Positions 63,033 through 64,000 of a stretch of 64,000 nucleotides of DNA are shown here, one piece after another (position 1 is the first letter of the stretch; the number at the start of each line of letters is the position of its first letter). This DNA comes from Amphiscolops sp. MND2022 (taxonomy: Eukaryota), in assembly GCA_964187785.1 (NCBI GenBank), contig OZ076409.1:17362001-17426000 (forward strand), read 5' to 3'. The translations under genes and the position numbers were made by a program. Under the pieces are notes generated by a model that did no database searches, was not told where the DNA came from, and saw nothing but the letters and a program-made list of their open reading frames with translations.

Positions 63033-63730
63033 CATCCAGTGACTTTATTCTTCTGCCGGTCGGGAAACAAGGACTTATTACGGCATTGAAACGGCATGAA
63101 GCGGGAAGGTGAAAGTCAATCCTGTGTATGGGATGTTTGTTCCTCAATTGTTATTATGTAGTCAGGTGTATTCACATGCCCCCCTAATGCCCTAAATGCA
63201 GGAGCGAAGCGACGTGCCACTACTAGTTTTGCGGCTGGTTTTGACGAAGACCTATTTTCTAAATGCGGTTGTATGGATAGTCGAATGAAAGGTTTTAGTC
63301 GCCAGTTTTACGAATTGTAATTTGCACGAACAACCTGCAGTTGCTTCAAGAAAATCTATATATTTATTAATCATGATGCAATAATGATTATAAAAACTGA
63401 CAATAAAAGATTCATTTTTATTTTGTTTGAATCATTTCATTTTATGGTGGCACTGTATTGTATTTGGTCTTCGAACAGTTACTAAAAGTTACTGCAAAAC
63501 AACTAGAGGTCTAACTAAACTTAGACGTCTTTTTGCGCATCGCGTATCATTTTCAAGAGGGGCCACGTCACATGTACAACTTTAGAGCATCTCGTCTTGT
63601 TTTTTCATGCTGTGATGTGTGAATAATTTTGTTGTCAAGTGATGGAGAAAAGCATTTGCTATTCAAGATCAACAAGTGACACCGTTGTGTTGTACTAGCT
63701 TCGTTTAACATTCTCACAAGGATTGCTATT

Positions 63731-63827
63731 CATTATTCCGAAAATAATTTACAGTTCCATTATCCCGAAAATAAATTTACCGTTCCATTATTCCGAAAAT
63801 AAATTTACCGTTCCATCATTCCGAAAA
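63731..63827 (+). repeat. 28-bp minisatellite, ~3.5 units
   Basis: CATTATTCCGAAAATAAATTTACCGTTC repeats. Confidence 0.85.
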
Positions 63828-64000
63828 GTTATTTGAAGAGGTTAGCATATTTGTTGTATGGCTCGGTCGCTTCGCTCCCTTCGCCAAGTAGCAACATCGA
63901 GGCACGGCCATATGGCACGTCGCTCCGCTTCGCTTCGCTCCTGCATTTAGGGCACTAGGGGTATGTGAACATAGCTGATTACATTATCGTAATTAGTTCA

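Overview
AT-rich, intron-rich eukaryotic DNA, probably an invertebrate animal; the taxon cannot be determined from this window. Two host genes lie on the + strand. COX10 (heme O synthase) is a complete 5-exon model at 8147-30379 (478 aa, all splice phases compatible). GALE (UDP-glucose 4-epimerase) has its first 3 exons at 52173-61049 and continues beyond the window. Most of the remaining sequence is transposon-derived. (1) An 8.73-kb tandem duplication (30227-38954 / 38955-47686) copies the last COX10 exon and a decayed Mag-like Ty3/gypsy element with ~110-bp LTRs. (2) A hAT-type MITE hosts both that gypsy element and a pogo/Tigger element, and an uninterrupted paralog of the MITE is present in the window. 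(3) A decayed hAT transposon, a Merlin-like composite element and several TA-flanked MITEs are present. (4) The most notable signal is a very abundant family (about 20 copies or fragments) with Helentron/DINE-1 (HINE) architecture: subterminal inverted repeats, 5' and 3' hairpins with compensatory changes, and variable tandem interiors. An empty-site paralog shows insertion into a T-run, and one subfamily carries tRNA-like A/B boxes. A second HINE-like family contains a 172-bp tandem array. All calls come from manual reading with no database search.
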